Shown here: positions 1 to 15,000 of the stretch, piece by piece
How positions within the stretch are numbered: the stretch's first letter is position 1
Layout: each line of letters begins with the position of its first letter
Assembly: GCA_964016885.1 (NCBI GenBank)
Contig: OZ024740.1
Coordinates: 279,434,001 to 279,498,000 of the forward strand
From: Eledone cirrhosa
Taxonomy: Eukaryota
Length of the DNA: 64,000 bases
Direction: 5' to 3'
Notes under the pieces: generated by a model
What the model saw: the letters and a program-made list of their open reading frames with translations, nothing else
Database searches by the model: none
What the model was told of the DNA's origin: nothing
Position numbers and translations under genes: made by a program

Positions 1-3000
1 GTGAAAACCTCGACTTGGAGTGAGAACCTCGACTTGGACTGAAAACCTCGACTTGGAGTGAGAACCTCGACTTGGAGTGAAAACCTCGACTTGGAGCGAA
101 AACCTCGACTTGGAGTGAGAACCTCGACTTGGAGTGAGAACCTCGACTTGGAGTGAGAACCTCGACTTGGAGTGAGAACCTCGACTTGGAGTGAGAACCT
201 CGACTTGGAGTGAGAACCTCGACTTGGAGTGAAAACCTCGACTTGGAGTGAGAACCTCGACTTGGAATGAGAACCTCGACTTGGAGTGAAAACCTCGACT
301 TGGAGTGAGAACCTCGACTTGGAGTGAAAACCTCGACTTGGAGTGAGAACCTCGACTTGGAGTGAAAACCTCGACTTGGAGTGTAAACTGCGACTCTGAG
401 TGAAAACCTCGACTTGGAGTGAGAACCTCGACTTGGAGTGAAAACCTCGACTTGGAGGGAGAACCTCGACTTGGAGTGAAAACCTCGACTTGGAGTGAGA
501 ACCTCGACTTGGAGTGAAAACCTCGACTTGGAGTGAGAACCTCGGCTTGGAGTGAAAACCTCGACTTGGAGTGAGAACCTCGACTTGGAGTGAAAACCTC
601 GACTTGGAGTGAAAACCTCGACTTGGAGTGAGAACCTCGACTTGGAGTGAGAACCTCGACTTGGAGTGAGAACCTCGACTTGGAGTGAGAACCTCGACTT
701 GGAGTGAGAACCTCGACTTGGAGTGAAAACCTCGACTTGGAGTGAGAACCTCGACTTGGAATGAGAACCTCGACTTGGAGTGAAAACCTCGACTTGGAGT
801 GAGAACCTCGACTTGGAGTGAAAACCTCGACTTGGAGTGAGAACCTCGACTTGGAGTGAAAACCTCGACTTGGAGTGTAAACTGCGACTCTGAGTGAAAA
901 CCTCGACTTGGAGTGAGAACCTCGACTTGGAGTGAGAACCTCGACTTGGAGTGAGAACCTCGACTTGGAGTGAGAACCTCGACTTGGAGTGAGAACCTCG
1001 ACTTGGAGTGAAAACCTCGACTTGGAGTGAGAATCTCGACTTGGAGTGAAAACCTCGACTTGGAGTGAGAACCTCGACTTGGAGTGAAAACCTCGACTTG
1101 GAGTGAGAACCTCGACTTGGAGTGAAAACCTCGACTTGGAGTGAGAACCTCGACTTGGAGTGAAAACCTCGACTTGGAGGGAGAACCTCGACTTGGAGTG
1201 AGAACCTCGACTTGGAGTGAAAACCTCGACTTGGAGTGAGAATCTCGACTTGGAGTGAAAACCTCGACTTGGAGTGAGAACCTCGACTTGGAGTGAAAAC
1301 CTCGACTTGGAGTGAGAACCTCGACTTGGAGTGAAAACCTCGACTTGGAGTGAGAACCTCGACTTGCAGTGAGAACCTCGACTTGGAGTGAAAACCTCGA
1401 CTTGGAGTGAGAACCTCGACTTGGAGTGAGAACCTCGACTTGGAGTGAGAACCTCGACTTGGAGTGAGAACCTCGACTTGGAGTGAGAACCTCGACTTGG
1501 AGTGAGAACCTCGACTTGGAGTGAGAACCTCGACTTGGAGTGAAAACCTCGACTTGGAGTGAGAACCTCGACTTGGAGTGAGAACCTCGACTTGGAGTGA
1601 GTACCTCGACTTGGAGTGAGAACCTCGACTTGGAGTTAAAACCTCGACTTGGAGTGAGAACCTCGACTTGGAGTGAAAACCTCGACTTGGCGTGAGAACC
1701 TCGACTTGGAGTGAAAACCTCGACTTGGAGTGAGAACCTCGACTTGGAGTGAAAACTTCGACTTGGAGTGAGAACCTCGACTTGGAGTGAAAACCTCGAC
1801 TTGGAGTGAGAACCTCGACTTGGAGTGAAAACCTCGACTTGGAGTGAGAACCTCGACTTGGAGTGAAAACCTCGACTTGGAGTGAGAACCTCGACTTGGA
1901 GTGAGAACCTCGACTTGGAGTGAGAACCTCGACTTGGAGTGAGAACCTCGACTTGGAGTGAGAACCTCGACTTGGAGTGAGAACCTCGACTTGGAGTGAG
2001 AACCTCGACTTGGAGTGAAAACCTCGACTTGGAGTGAGAACCTCGACTTGGAGTGAAAACCTCGACTTGGAGTGAGAACCTCGACTTGGAGTGAGAACCT
2101 CGACTTGGAGTGAGAACCTCGACTTGGAGTGAGAACCTCGACTTGGAGTTAAAACCTCGACTTGGAGTGAGAACCTCGACTTGGAGTGAGAACCTCGACT
2201 TGGAGTGAGAACCTCGACTTGGAGTGAGAACCTCGACTTGGAGTGAGAACCTCGACTTGGAGTGAGAACCTCGACTTGGAGTTAAAACCTCGACTTGGAG
2301 TGAGAACCTCGACTTGGAGTGAGAACCTCGACTTGGAGTGAAAACCTCGACTTGGCGTGAGAACCTCGACTTGGAGTGAAAACCTCGACTTGGAGTGAGA
2401 ACCTCGACTTGGAGTGAAAACCTCGACTTGGAGTGAGAACTTCGACTTGGAGTGAAAACCTCGACTTGGAGTGAGAACCTCGACTTGGAGTGAAAACCTC
2501 GACTTGGAGTGAGAACCTCGACTTGGAGTGAAAACCTCGACTTGGAGTGAGAACCTCGACTTGGAGTGAAAACCTCGACTTGGAGTGAGAACCTCGACTT
2601 GGAGTGAAAACCTCGACTTGGAGCGAAAACCTCGACTTGGAGTGAGAACCTCGACTTGGAGTGAGAACCTCGACTTGGAGTGAGAACCTCGACTTGGAGT
2701 GAGAACCTCGACTTGGAGTGAGAACCTCGACTTGGAGTGAGAACCTCGACTTGGAGTGAAAACCTCGACTTGGAGTGAGAACCTCGACTTGGAATGAGAA
2801 CCTCGACTTGGAGTGAAAACCTCGACTTGGAGTGAGAACCTCGACTTGGAGTGAAAACCTCGACTTGGAGTGAGAACCTCGACTTGGAGTGAAAACCTCG
2901 ACTTGGAGTGTAAACTGCGACTCTGAGTGAAAACCTCGACTTGGAGTGAGAACCTCGACTTGGAGTGAAAACCTCGACTTGGAGGGAGAACCTCGACTTG

Positions 3001-6000
3001 GAGTGAGAACCTCGACTTGGAGTGAGAACCTCGACTTGGAGTGGAAACCTCGACTTGGAGTGAAAACCTCGACTTGGAGTGAAAACCTCGACTTGGAGTG
3101 AGAACCTCGACTTGGAGTCTAAACTGCGACTCTGAGTGTAAACTGCGACTCTGAGTGAAAACCTCGACTTGGAGTGAAAACCTCAACTTGGATGGAGAAC
3201 CTCGACTTGGAGTGAGAACCTCGACTTGGAGTGAAAACCTCGACTTGGAGTGAGAACCTCGACTTGGAGTGAAAACCTCGACTTGGAGTGAGAACCTCGG
3301 CTTGGAGTGAAAACCTCGACTTGGAGTGAGAACCTCGACTTGGAGTGAAAACCTCGACTTGGAGTGAAAACCTCGACTTGGAGTGAGAACCTCGACTTGG
3401 AGTGAGAACCTCGACTTGGAGTGAGAACCTCGACTTGGAGTGAGAACCTCGACTTGGAGTGAGAACCTCGACTTGGAGTGAAAACCTCGACTTGGAGTGA
3501 GAACCTCGACTTGGAATGAGAACCTCGACTTGGAGTGAAAACCTCGACTTGGAGTGAGAACCTCGACTTGGAGTGAAAACCTCGACTTGGAGTGAGAACC
3601 TCGACTTGGAGTGAAAACCTCGACTTGGAGTGTAAACTGCGACTCTGAGTGAAAACCTCGACTTGGAGTGAGAACCTCGACTTGGAGTGAAAACCTCGAC
3701 TTGGAGGGAGAGCCTCGACTTGGAGTGAGAACCTCGACTTGGAGTGAAAACCTCGACTTGGAGTGAGAATCTCGACTTGGAGTGAAAACCTCGACTTGGA
3801 GTGAGAACCTCGACTTGGAGTGAAAACCTCGACTTGGAGTGAGAACCTCGACTTGGAGTGAAAACCTCGACTTGGAGTGAGAACCTCGACTTGCAGTGAG
3901 AACCTCGACTTGGAGTGAAAACCTCGACTTGGAGTGAGAACCTCGACTTGGAGTGAGAACCTCGACTTGGAGTGAGAACCTCGACTTGGAGTGAGAACCT
4001 CGACTTGGAGTGAGAACCTCGACTTGGAGTGAGAACCTCGACTTGGAGTGAGAACCTCGACTTGGAGTGAAAACCTCGACTTGGAGTGAGAACCTCGACT
4101 TGGAGTGAGAACCTCGACTTGGAGTGAGAACCTCGACTTGGAGTGAGAACCTCGACTTGGAGTTAAAACCTCGACTTGGAGTGAGAACCTCGACTTGGAG
4201 TGAAAACCTCGACTTGGCGTGAGAACCTCGACTTGGAGTGAAAACCTCGACTTGGAGTGAGAACCTCGACTTGGAGTGAAAACTTCGACTTGGAGTGAGA
4301 ACCTCGACTTGGAGTGAAAACCTCGACTTGGAGTGAGAACCTCGACTTGGAGTGAAAACCTCGACTTGGAGTGAGAACCTCGACTTGGAGTGAAAACCTC
4401 GACTTGGAGTGAGAACCTCGACTTGGAGTGAGAACCTCGACTTGGAGTGAGAACCTCGACTTGGAGTGAGAACCTCGACTTGGAGTGAGAACCTCGACTT
4501 GGAGTGAAAACCTCGACTTGGAGTGAGAACCTCGACTTGGAGTGAACACCTCGACTTGGAGTGAGAACCTCGACTTGGAGTGAGAACCTCGACTTGGAGT
4601 GAGAACCTCGACTTGGAGTGAGAACCTCGACTTGGAGTTAAAACCTCGACTTGGAGTGAGAACCTCGACTTGGAGTGAGAACCTCGACTTGGAGTGAAAA
4701 CCTCGACTTGGAGTGAGAACCTCGACTTGGAGTGAGAACCTCGACTTGGAGTGAGAACCTCGACTTGGAGTGAGAACCTCGACTTGGAGTTAAAACCTCG
4801 ACTTGGAGTGAGAACCTCGACTTGGAGTGAGAACCTCGACTTGGAGTGAAAACCTCGACTTGGCGTGAGAACCTCGACTTGGAGTGAAAACCTCGACTTG
4901 GAGTGAGAACCTCGACTTGGAGTGAAAACCTCGACTTGGAGTGAGAACTTCGACTTGGAGTGAAAACCTCGACTTGGAGTGAGAACCTCGACTTGGAGTG
5001 AAAACCTCGACTTGGAGTGAGAACCTCGACTTGGAGTGAAAACCTCGACTTGGAGTGAGAACCTCGACTTGGAGTGAAAACCTCGACTTGGAGTGAGAAC
5101 CTCGACTTGCAGTGAGAACCTCGACTTGGAGTGAAAACCTCGACTTGGAGTGAGAACCTCGACTTGCAGTGAGAACCTCGACTTGGAGTGAGAACCTCGA
5201 CTTGGAGTGAGAACCTCGACTTGGAGTGAGAACCTCGACTTGGAGTGAGAACCTCGACTTGGAGTGAAAACCTCGACTTGGAGTGAGAACCTCGACTTGG
5301 AGTGAAAACCTCGACTTGGAGTGAGAACCTCGACTTGGAGTGAAAACCTCGACTTGGAGTGAGAACCTCGACTTGGAGTGAAAACCTCGACTTGGAGTGA
5401 GAACCTCGACTTGGAGTGAGAACCTCGACTTGGAGTGAAAACCTCGACTTGGAGTGAGAACCTCGACTTGGAGTGAGAACCTCGACTTGGAGTGAAAACC
5501 TCGACTTGGAGTGAAAACCTCGACTTGGAGTGAAAACCTCGACTTGGAGGGAGAACCTCGACTTGGAGTGAAAACCTCGACTTGGAGTGAGAACCTCGAC
5601 TTGGAGTGAGAACCTCGGCTTGGAGTGAGAACCTCGACTTGGAGTGAGAACCTCGACTTGGAGTGAAAACCTCGACTTGGAGTGAAAACCTCGACTTGGA
5701 GTGTAAACTGCGACTCTGAGTGAAAACCTCGACTTGGAGTGAGAACCTCGACTTGGAGTGAAAACCTCGACTTGGAGGGAGAACCTCGACTTGGAGTGAG
5801 AACCTCGACTTGGAGTGAGAACCTCGACTTGGAGTGGAAACCTCGACTTGGAGTGAAAACCTCGACTTGGAGTGAAAACCTCGACTTGGAGTGAAAACCT
5901 CGACTTGGAGTGAGAACCTCGACATGGAGTCTAAACTGCGACTCTGAGTGTAAACTGCGACTCTGAGTGAAAACCTCGACTTGGAGTGAAAACCTCAACT

Positions 6001-9000
6001 TGGATGGAGAACCTCGACTTGGAGTGAGAACCTCGACTTGGAGTGAAAACCTCGACTTGGAGTGAGAACCTCGACTTGGAGTGAAAACCTCGAATTGGAG
6101 TGAGAACCTCGACTTGGAGTGAAAACCTCGACTTGGAGTGAGAACCTCGACTTGGAGTGAAAACCTCGACTTGGAGTGAAAACCTCGACTTGGAGTGAGA
6201 ACCTCGACTTGGAGTGAGAACCTCGACTTGGAATGAGAACCTCGACTTGGAGTGAAAACCTCGACTTGGAGTGAGAACCTCGACTTGGAGTGAAAACCTC
6301 GACTTGGAGTGAAAACCTCGACTTGGAATGAAAACCTCGACTTGGAGAGAAAACCTCGACTTGGAGTGAAAACCTCGTCTTGGAGTGAGAACCTCGACTT
6401 GGAGTGAAAACCTCGACTTGGAGTGAGAACCTCGACTTGGAGTGAAAACCTTGACTTGGAGTGAGAACCTCGACTTGGAGTGGAAACCTCGACTTGGAGT
6501 GAGAACCTCGACTTGGAGTGAGAACCTCGACTTGGAGTGAGAACCTCGACTTGGAGTGAGAACCTCGACTTGGAGTGAGAACCTCGACTTGGAGTGTAAA
6601 CTGCGACTCTGAGTGAAAACCTCGACTTGGAGTGAGAACCTCGACTTGGAGTGAAAACCTCGACTTGGAGTGAAAACCTCGACTTGGAGTGAGAACCTCG
6701 ACTTGGAGTGAAAACCTCGACTTGGAGTGAGAACCTCGACTTGGAGTGAAAACCTCGACTTGGAGTGAGAACCTCGACTTGGAGTGAAAACCTCGACTTG
6801 GAGTGAGAACCTCGACTTGGAGTGAAAACCTCGACTTGGAGTGAGAACCTCGACTTGGAGTGAGAACCTCGACTTGGAGTGAAAACCTCGACTTGGAGTG
6901 AGAACCTCGACTTGGAGTGAAAACCTCGACTTGGAGTGAAAACCTCGACTTGGAGTGAAAACCTCGACTTGGAGTGAAAACCTCGACTTGGAGTGAGAAC
7001 CTCGACTTGGAGTGAGAACCTCGACTTGGAGTGAAAACCTCGACTTGGAGTGAGAACCTCGACTTGGAGTCAAAACTGCGACTCTGAGTGTAAACTGCGA
7101 CTCTGAGTGAAAACCTCGACTTGGAGTGAAAACCTCAACTTGGATGGAGAACCTCGACTTGGAGTGAGAACCTCGACTTGGAGTGAAAACCTCGACTTGG
7201 AGTGAGAACCTCGACTTGGAGTGAAAACCTCGACTTGGAGTGAGAACCTCGACTTGGAGTGAAAACCTCGACTTGGAGTGAGAACCTCGACTTGGAGTGA
7301 GAACCTCGACTTGGAGTGAGAACCTCGACTTGGAGTGAGAACCTCGACTTGGAGTGAGAACCTCGACTTGGAGTGAAAACCTCGACTTGGAGTGAGAACC
7401 TCGACTTGGAATGAGAACCTCGACTTGGAGTGAAAACCTCGACTTGGAGTGAGAACCTCGACTTGGAGTGAAAACCTCGACTTGGAGTGAGAACCTCGAC
7501 TTGGAGTGAGAACCTCGACTTGGAGTGAAAACCTCGACTTGGAGTGAGAACCTCGACTTGGAGTGAAAACCTCGACTTGGAGTGTAAACTGCGACTCTGA
7601 GTGAAAACCTCGACTTGGAGTGAGAACCTCGACTTGGAGTGAAAACCTCGACTTGGAGGGAGAACCTCGACTTGGAGTGAGAACCTCGACTTGGAGTGAA
7701 AACCTCGACTTGGAGTGAGAATCTCGACTTGGAGTGAAAACCTCGACTTGGAGTGAGAACCTCGACTTGGAGTGAAAACCTCGACTTGGAGTGAGAACCT
7801 CGACTTGGAGTGAAAACCTCGACTTGGAGTGAGAACCTCGACTTGCAGTGAGAACCTCGACTTGGAGTGAAAACCTCGACTTGGAGTGAGAACCTCGACT
7901 TGGAGTGAGAACCTCGACTTGGAGTGAGAACCTCGACTTGGAGTTAAAACCTCGACTTGGAGTGAGAACCTCGACTTGGAGTGAGAACCTCGACTTGGAG
8001 TGAAAACCTCGACTTGGCGTGAGAACCTCGACTTGAAGTGAAAACCTCGACTTGGAGTGAGAACCTCGACTTGGAGTGAAAACCTCGACTTGGAGTGAGA
8101 ACCTCGACTTGGAGTGAAAACCTCGACTTGGAGTGAGAACCTCGACTTGTAGTGAAAACCTCGACTTGGAGTGTAAACTGCGACTCTGAGTGAAAACCTC
8201 GACTTGGAGTGAGAACCTCGACTTGGAGTGAAAACCTCGACTTGGAGTGAGAACCTCGACTTGGAGTGAAAACCTCGACTTGGAGTGAAAACCTCGTCTT
8301 GGAGTGAGAACCTCGACTTGGAGTGAAAACCTCGACTTGGAGTGAGAACCTCGACTTGGAGTGAAAACCTCGACTTGGAGTGAGAACCTCGACTTGGAGT
8401 GAGAACCTCGACTTGGAGTGGAAACCTCGACTTGGAGTGAAAACCTCGACTTGGAGTGAGAACCTCGACTTGGAGTGAGAACCTCGACTTGGAGTGAGAA
8501 CCTCGACTTGGAGTGAGAACCTCGACTTGGAGTGAGAACCTCGACTTGGAGTGTAAACTGCGACTCTGAGTGAAAATCTCGACTTGGAGTGAGAACCTCG
8601 ACTTGGAGTGAAAACCTCGACTTGGAGTGAAAACCTCGCCTTGGAGTGAGAACCTCGACTTGGAGTGAAAACCTCGACTTGGAGTGAGAACCTCGACTTG
8701 GAGTGAAAACCTCGACTTGGAGTGAGAACCTCGACTTGGAGTGAAAACCTCGACTTGGAGTGAGAACCTCGACTTGGAGTGAAAACCTCGACTTGGAGTG
8801 AGAACCTCGACTTGGAGTGAAAACCTCGACTTGGAGTGAGAACCTCGACTTGGAGTGAGAACCTCGACTTGGAGTGAAAACCTCGACTTGGAGTGAGAAC
8901 CTCGACTTGGAGTGAGAACCTCGACTTGGAGTGAAAACCTCGACTTGGAGTGAAAACCTCGACTTGGAGTGAAAACCTCGACTTGGAGTGAGAACCTCGA

Positions 9001-12000
9001 CTTGGAGTGAGAACCTCGACTTGGAGTGAAAACCTCGACTTGGAGTGAGAACCTCGACTTGGAGTCTAAACTGCGACTCTGAGTGTAAACTGCGACTCTG
9101 AGTGAAAACCTCGACTTGGAGTGAAAACCTCAACTTGGATGGAGAACCTCGACTTGGAGTGAGAACCTCGACTTGGAGTGAAAACCTCGACTTGGAGTGA
9201 GAACCTCGACTTGCAGTGAAAACCTCGACTTGGAGTGAGAACCTCGACTTGGAGTGAAAACCTCGACTTGGAGTGAGAACCTCGACTTGGAGTGAGAACC
9301 TCGACTTGGAGCGAAAACCTCGACTTGGAGCGAAAACCTCGACTTGGAGTGAGAACCTCGACTTGGAGTGAGAACCTCGACTTGGAGTGAGAACCTCGAC
9401 TTGGAGTGAGAACCTCGACTTGGAGTGAGAACCTCGACTTGGAGTGAAAACCTCGACTTGGAGTGAGAACCTCGACTTGGAATGAGAACCTCGACTTGGA
9501 GTGAAAACCTCGACTTGGAGTGAAAACCTCGACTTGGAGTGAGAACCTCGACTTGGAGTGAAAACCTCGACTTGGAGTGAAAACCTCGACTTGGAGTGAG
9601 AACCTCGACTTGGAGTGAGAACCTCGACTTGGAGTGAGAACCTCGACTTGGAGTGAGAACCTCGACTTGGAGTGAGAACCTCGACTTGGAATGAAAACCT
9701 CGACTTGGAGTGAAAACCTCGACTTGGAGTGAGAACCTCGACTTGGAGTGAAAACCTCGACTTGGAGTGAAAACCTCGACTTGGAGTGAAAACCTCGACT
9801 TGGAGAGAAAACCTCGACTTGGAGTGAAAACCTCGTCTTGGAGTGAGAACCTCGACTTGGAGTGAAAACCTCGACTTGGAGTGAGAACCTCGACTTGGAG
9901 TGAAAACCTTGACTTGGAGTGAGAACCTCGACTTGGAGTGGAAACCTCGACTTGGAGTGAGAACCTCGACTTGGAGTGAGAACCTCGACTTGGAGTGAGA
10001 ACCTCGACTTGGAGTGAGAACCTCGACTTGGAGTGAGAACCTCGACTTGGAGTGTAAACTGCGACTCTGAGTGAAAACCTCGACTTGGAGTGAGAACCTC
10101 GACTTGGAGTGAAAACCTCGACTTGGAGTGAAAACCTCGACTTGGAGTGAGAACCTCGACTTGGAGTGAAAACCTCGACTTGGAGTGAGAACCTCGACTT
10201 GGAGTGAAAACCTCGACTTGGAGTGAGAACCTCGACTTGGAGTGAAAACCTCGACTTGGAGTGAGAACCTCGACTTGGAGTGAAAACCTCGACTTGGAGT
10301 GAGAACCTCGACTTGGAGTGAGAACCTCGACTTGGAGTGAAAACCTCGACTTGGAGTGAGAACCTCGACTTGGAGTGAAAACCTCGACTTGGAGTGAAAA
10401 CCTCGACTTGGAGTGAAAACCTCGACTTGGAGTGAAAACCTCGACTTGGAGTGAGAACCTCGACTTGGAGTGAGAACCTCGACTTGGAGTGAAAACCTCG
10501 ACTTGGAGTGAGAACCTCGACTTGGAGTCAAAACTGCGACTCTGAGTGTAAACTGCGACTCTGAGTGAAAACCTCGACTTGGAGTGAAAACCTCAACTTG
10601 GATGGAGAACCTCGACTTGGAGTGAGAACCTCGACTTGGAGTGAAAACCTCGACTTGGAGTGAGAACCTCGACTTGGAGTGAAAACCTCGACTTGGAGTG
10701 AGAACCTCGACTTGGAGTGAAAACCTCGACTTGGAGTGAGAACCTCGACTTGGAGTGAGAACCTCGACTTGGAGTGAGAACCTCGACTTGGAGTGAGAAC
10801 CTCGACTTGGAGTGAGAACCTCGACTTGGAGTGAAAACCTCGACTTGGAGTGAGAACCTCGACTTGGAATGAGAACCTCGACTTGGAATGAAAACCTCGA
10901 CTTGGAGTGAGAACCTCGACTTGGAGTGAAAACCTCGACTTGGAGTGAGAACCTCGACTTGGAGTGAGAACCTCGACTTGGAGTGAGAACCTCGACTTGG
11001 AGTGAGAACCTCGACTTGGAGTGTAAACTGCGACTCTGAGTGAAAATCTCGACTTGGAGTGAGAACCTCGACTTGGAGTGAAAACCTCGACTTGGAGTGA
11101 AAACCTCGCCTTGGAGTGAGAACCTCGACTTGGAGTGAAAACCTCGACTTGGAGTGAGAACCTCGACTTGGAGTGAAAACCTCGACTTGGAGTGAGAACC
11201 TCGACTTGGAGTGAAAACCTCGACTTGGAGTGAGAACCTCGACTTGGAGTGAAAACCTCGACTTGGAGTGAGAACCTCGACTTGGGGTGAAAACCTCGAC
11301 TTGGAGTGAAAACCTCGACTTGGAGTGAGAACCTCGACTTGGAGTGAGAACCTCGACTTGGAGTGAAAACCTCGACTTGGAGTGAGAACCTCGACTTGGA
11401 GTGAGAACCTCGACTTGGAGTGAAAACCTCGACTTGGAGTGAAAACCTCGACTTGGAGTGAAAACCTCGACTTGGAGTGAGAACCTCGACTTGGAGTGAG
11501 AACCTCGACTTGGAGTGAAAACCTCGACTTGGAGTGAGAACCTCGACTTGGAGTCTAAACTGCGACTCTGAGTGTAAACTGCGACTCTGAGTGAAAACCT
11601 CGACTTGGAGTGAAAACCTCAACTTGGATGGAGAACCTCGACTTGGAGTGAGAACCTCGACTTGGAGTGAAAACCTCGACTTGGAGTGAGAACCTCGACT
11701 TGCAGTGAAAACCTCGACTTGGAGTGAGAACCTCGACTTGGAGTGAAAACCTCGACTTGGAGTGAGAACCTCGACTTGGAGTGAGAACCTCGACTTGGAG
11801 CGAAAACCTCGACTTGGAGCGAAAACCTCGACTTGGAGTGAGAACCTCGACTTGGAGTGAGAACCTCGACTTGGAGTGAGAACCTCGACTTGGAGTGAGA
11901 ACCTCGACTTGGAGTGAGAACCTCGACTTGGAGTGAAAACCTCGACTTGGAGTGAGAACCTCGACTTAGAATGAGAACCTCGACTTGGAGTGAAAACCTC

Positions 12001-15000
12001 GACTTGGAGTGAAAACCTCGACTTGGAGTGAGAACCTCGACTTGGAGTGAAAACCTCGACTTGGAGTGAAAACCTCGACTTGGAGTGAGAACCTCGACTT
12101 GGAGTGAGAACCTCGACTTGGAGTGAGAACCTCGACTTGGAGTGAGAACCTCGACTTGGAGTGAGAACCTCGACTTGGAATGAGAACCTCGACTTGGAGT
12201 GAAAACCTCGACTTGGAGTGAGAACCTCGACTTGGAGTGAAAACCTCGACTTGGAGTGAAAACCTCGACTTGGAGTGAAAACCTCGACTTGGAGAGAAAA
12301 CCTCGACTTGGAGTGAAAACCTCGTCTTGGAGTGAGAACCTCGACTTGGAGTGAAAACCTCGACTTGGAGTGAGAACCTCGACTTGGAGTGAAAACCTTG
12401 ACTTGGAGTGAGAACCTCGACTTGGATTGGAAACCTCGACTTGGAGTGAGAACCTCGACTTGGAGTGAGAACCTCGACTTGGAGTGAGAACCTCGACTTG
12501 GAGTGAGAACCTCGACTTGGAGTGAGAACCTCGACTTGGAGTGTAAACTGCGACTCTGAGTGAAAACCTCGACTTGGAGTGAGAACCTCGACTTGGAGTG
12601 AAAACCTCGACTTGGAGTGAAAACCTCGACTTGGAGTGAGAACCTCGACTTGGAGTGAAAACCTCGACTTGGAGTGAGAACCTCGACTTGGAGTGAAAAC
12701 CTCGACTTGGAGTGAGAACCTCGACTTGGAGTGAAAACCTCGACTTGGAGTGAGAACCTCGACTTGGAGAGAAAACCTCGACTTGGAGTGAGAACCTCGA
12801 CTTGGAGTGAGAACCTCGACTTGGAGTGAAAACCTCGACTTGGAGTGAGAACCTCGACTTGGAGTGAAAACCTCGACTTGGAGTGAGAACCTCGACTTGG
12901 AGTCAAAACTGCGACTCTGAGTGTAAACTGCGACTCTGAGTGAAAACCTCGACTTGGAGTGAAAACCTCAACTTGGATGGAGAACCTCGACTTGGAGTGA
13001 GAACCTCGACTTGGAGTGAGAACCTCGACTTGGAGTGAAAACCTCGACTTGGAGTGAGAACCTCGACTTGGAGTGAGAACCTCGACTTGGAGTGAGAACC
13101 TCGACTTGGAGTGAGAACCTCGACTTGGAGTGAGAACCTCGACTTGGAGTGAAAACCTCGACTTGGAGTGAGAACCTCGACTTGGAATGAGAACCTCGAC
13201 TTGGAGTGAAAACCTCGACTTGGAGTGAGAACCTCGACTTGGAGTGAAAACCTCGACTTGGAGTGAGAACCTCGACTTGGAGTGAGAACCTCGACTTGGA
13301 GTGAAAACCTCGACTTGGAGTGAGAACCTCGACTTGGAGTGAAAACCTCGACTTGGAGTGTAAACTGCGACTCTGAGTGAAAACCTCGACTTGGAGTGAG
13401 AACCTCGACTTGGAGTGAAAACCTCGACTTGGAGGGAGAACCTCGACTTGGAGTGAGAACCTCGACTTGGAGTGAAAACCTCGACTTGGAGTGAGAATCT
13501 CGACTTGGAGTGAAAACCTCGACTTGGAGTGAGAACCTCGACTTGGAGTGAAAACCTCGACTTGGAGTGAGAACCTCGACTTGGAGTGAAAACCTCGACT
13601 TGGAGTGAGAACCTCGACTTGCAGTGAGAACCTCGACTTGGAGTGAAAACCTCGACTTGGAGTGAGAACCTCGACTTGGAGTGAGAACCTCGACTTGGAG
13701 TGAGAACCTCGACTTGGAGTTAAAACCTCGACTTGGAGTGAGAACCTCGACTTGGAGTGAGAACCTCGACTTGGAGTGAAAACCTCGACTTGGCGTGAGA
13801 ACCTCGACTTGAAGTGAAAACCTCGACTTGGAGTGAGAACCTCGACTTGGAGTGAAAACCTCGACTTGGAGTGAGAACCTCGACTTGGAGTGAAAACCTC
13901 GACTTGGAGTGAGAACCTCGACTTGTAGTGAAAACCTCGACTTGGAGTGTAAACTGCGACTCTGAGTGAAAACCTCGACTTGGAGTGAGAACCTCGACTT
14001 GGAGTGAAAACCTCGACTTGGAGTGAGAACCTCGACTTGGAGTGAAAACCTCGACTTGGAGTGAAAACCTCGTCTTGGAGTGAGAACCTCGACTTGGAGT
14101 GAAAACCTCGACTTGGAGTGAGAACCTCGACTTGGAGTGAAAACCTCGACTTGGAGTGAGAACCTCGACTTGGAGTGAGAACCTCGACTTGGAGTGGAAA
14201 CCTCGACTTGGAGTGAAAACCTCGACTTGGAGTGAGAACCTCGACTTGGAGTGAGAACCTCGACTTGGAGTGAGAACCTCGACTTGGAGTGAGAACCTCG
14301 ACTTGGAGTGAGAACCTCGACTTGGAGTGTAAACTGCGACTCTGAGTGAAAATCTCGACTTGGAGTGAGAACCTCGACTTGGAGTGAAAACCTCGACTTG
14401 GAGTGAAAACCTCGCCTTGGAGTGAGAACCTCGACTTGGAGTGAAAACCTCGACTTGGAGTGAGAACCTCGACTTGGAGTGAAAACCTCGACTTGGAGTG
14501 AGAACCTCGACTTGGAGTGAAAACCTCGACTTGGAGTGAGAACCTCGACTTGGAGTGAAAACCTCGACTTGGAGTGAGAACCTCGACTTGGAGTGAAAAC
14601 CTCGACTTGGAGTGAGAACCTCGACTTGGAGTAAGAACCTCGACTTGGAGTGAAAACCTCGACTTGGAGTGAGAACCTCGACTTGGAGTGAGAACCTCGA
14701 CTTGGAGTGAAAACCTCGACTTGGAGTGAAAACCTCGACTTGGAGTGAAAACCTCGACTTGGAGTGAGAACCTCGACTTGGAGTGAGAACCTCGACTTGG
14801 AGTGAAAACCTCGACTTGGAGTGAGAACCTCGACTTGGAGTCTAAACTGCGACTCTGAGTGTAAACTGCGACTCTGAGTGAAAACCTCGACTTGGAGTGA
14901 AAACCTCAACTTGGATGGAGAACCTCGACTTGGAGTGAGAACCTCGACTTGGAGTGAAAACCTCGACTTGGAGTGAGAACCTCGACTTGCAGTGAAAACC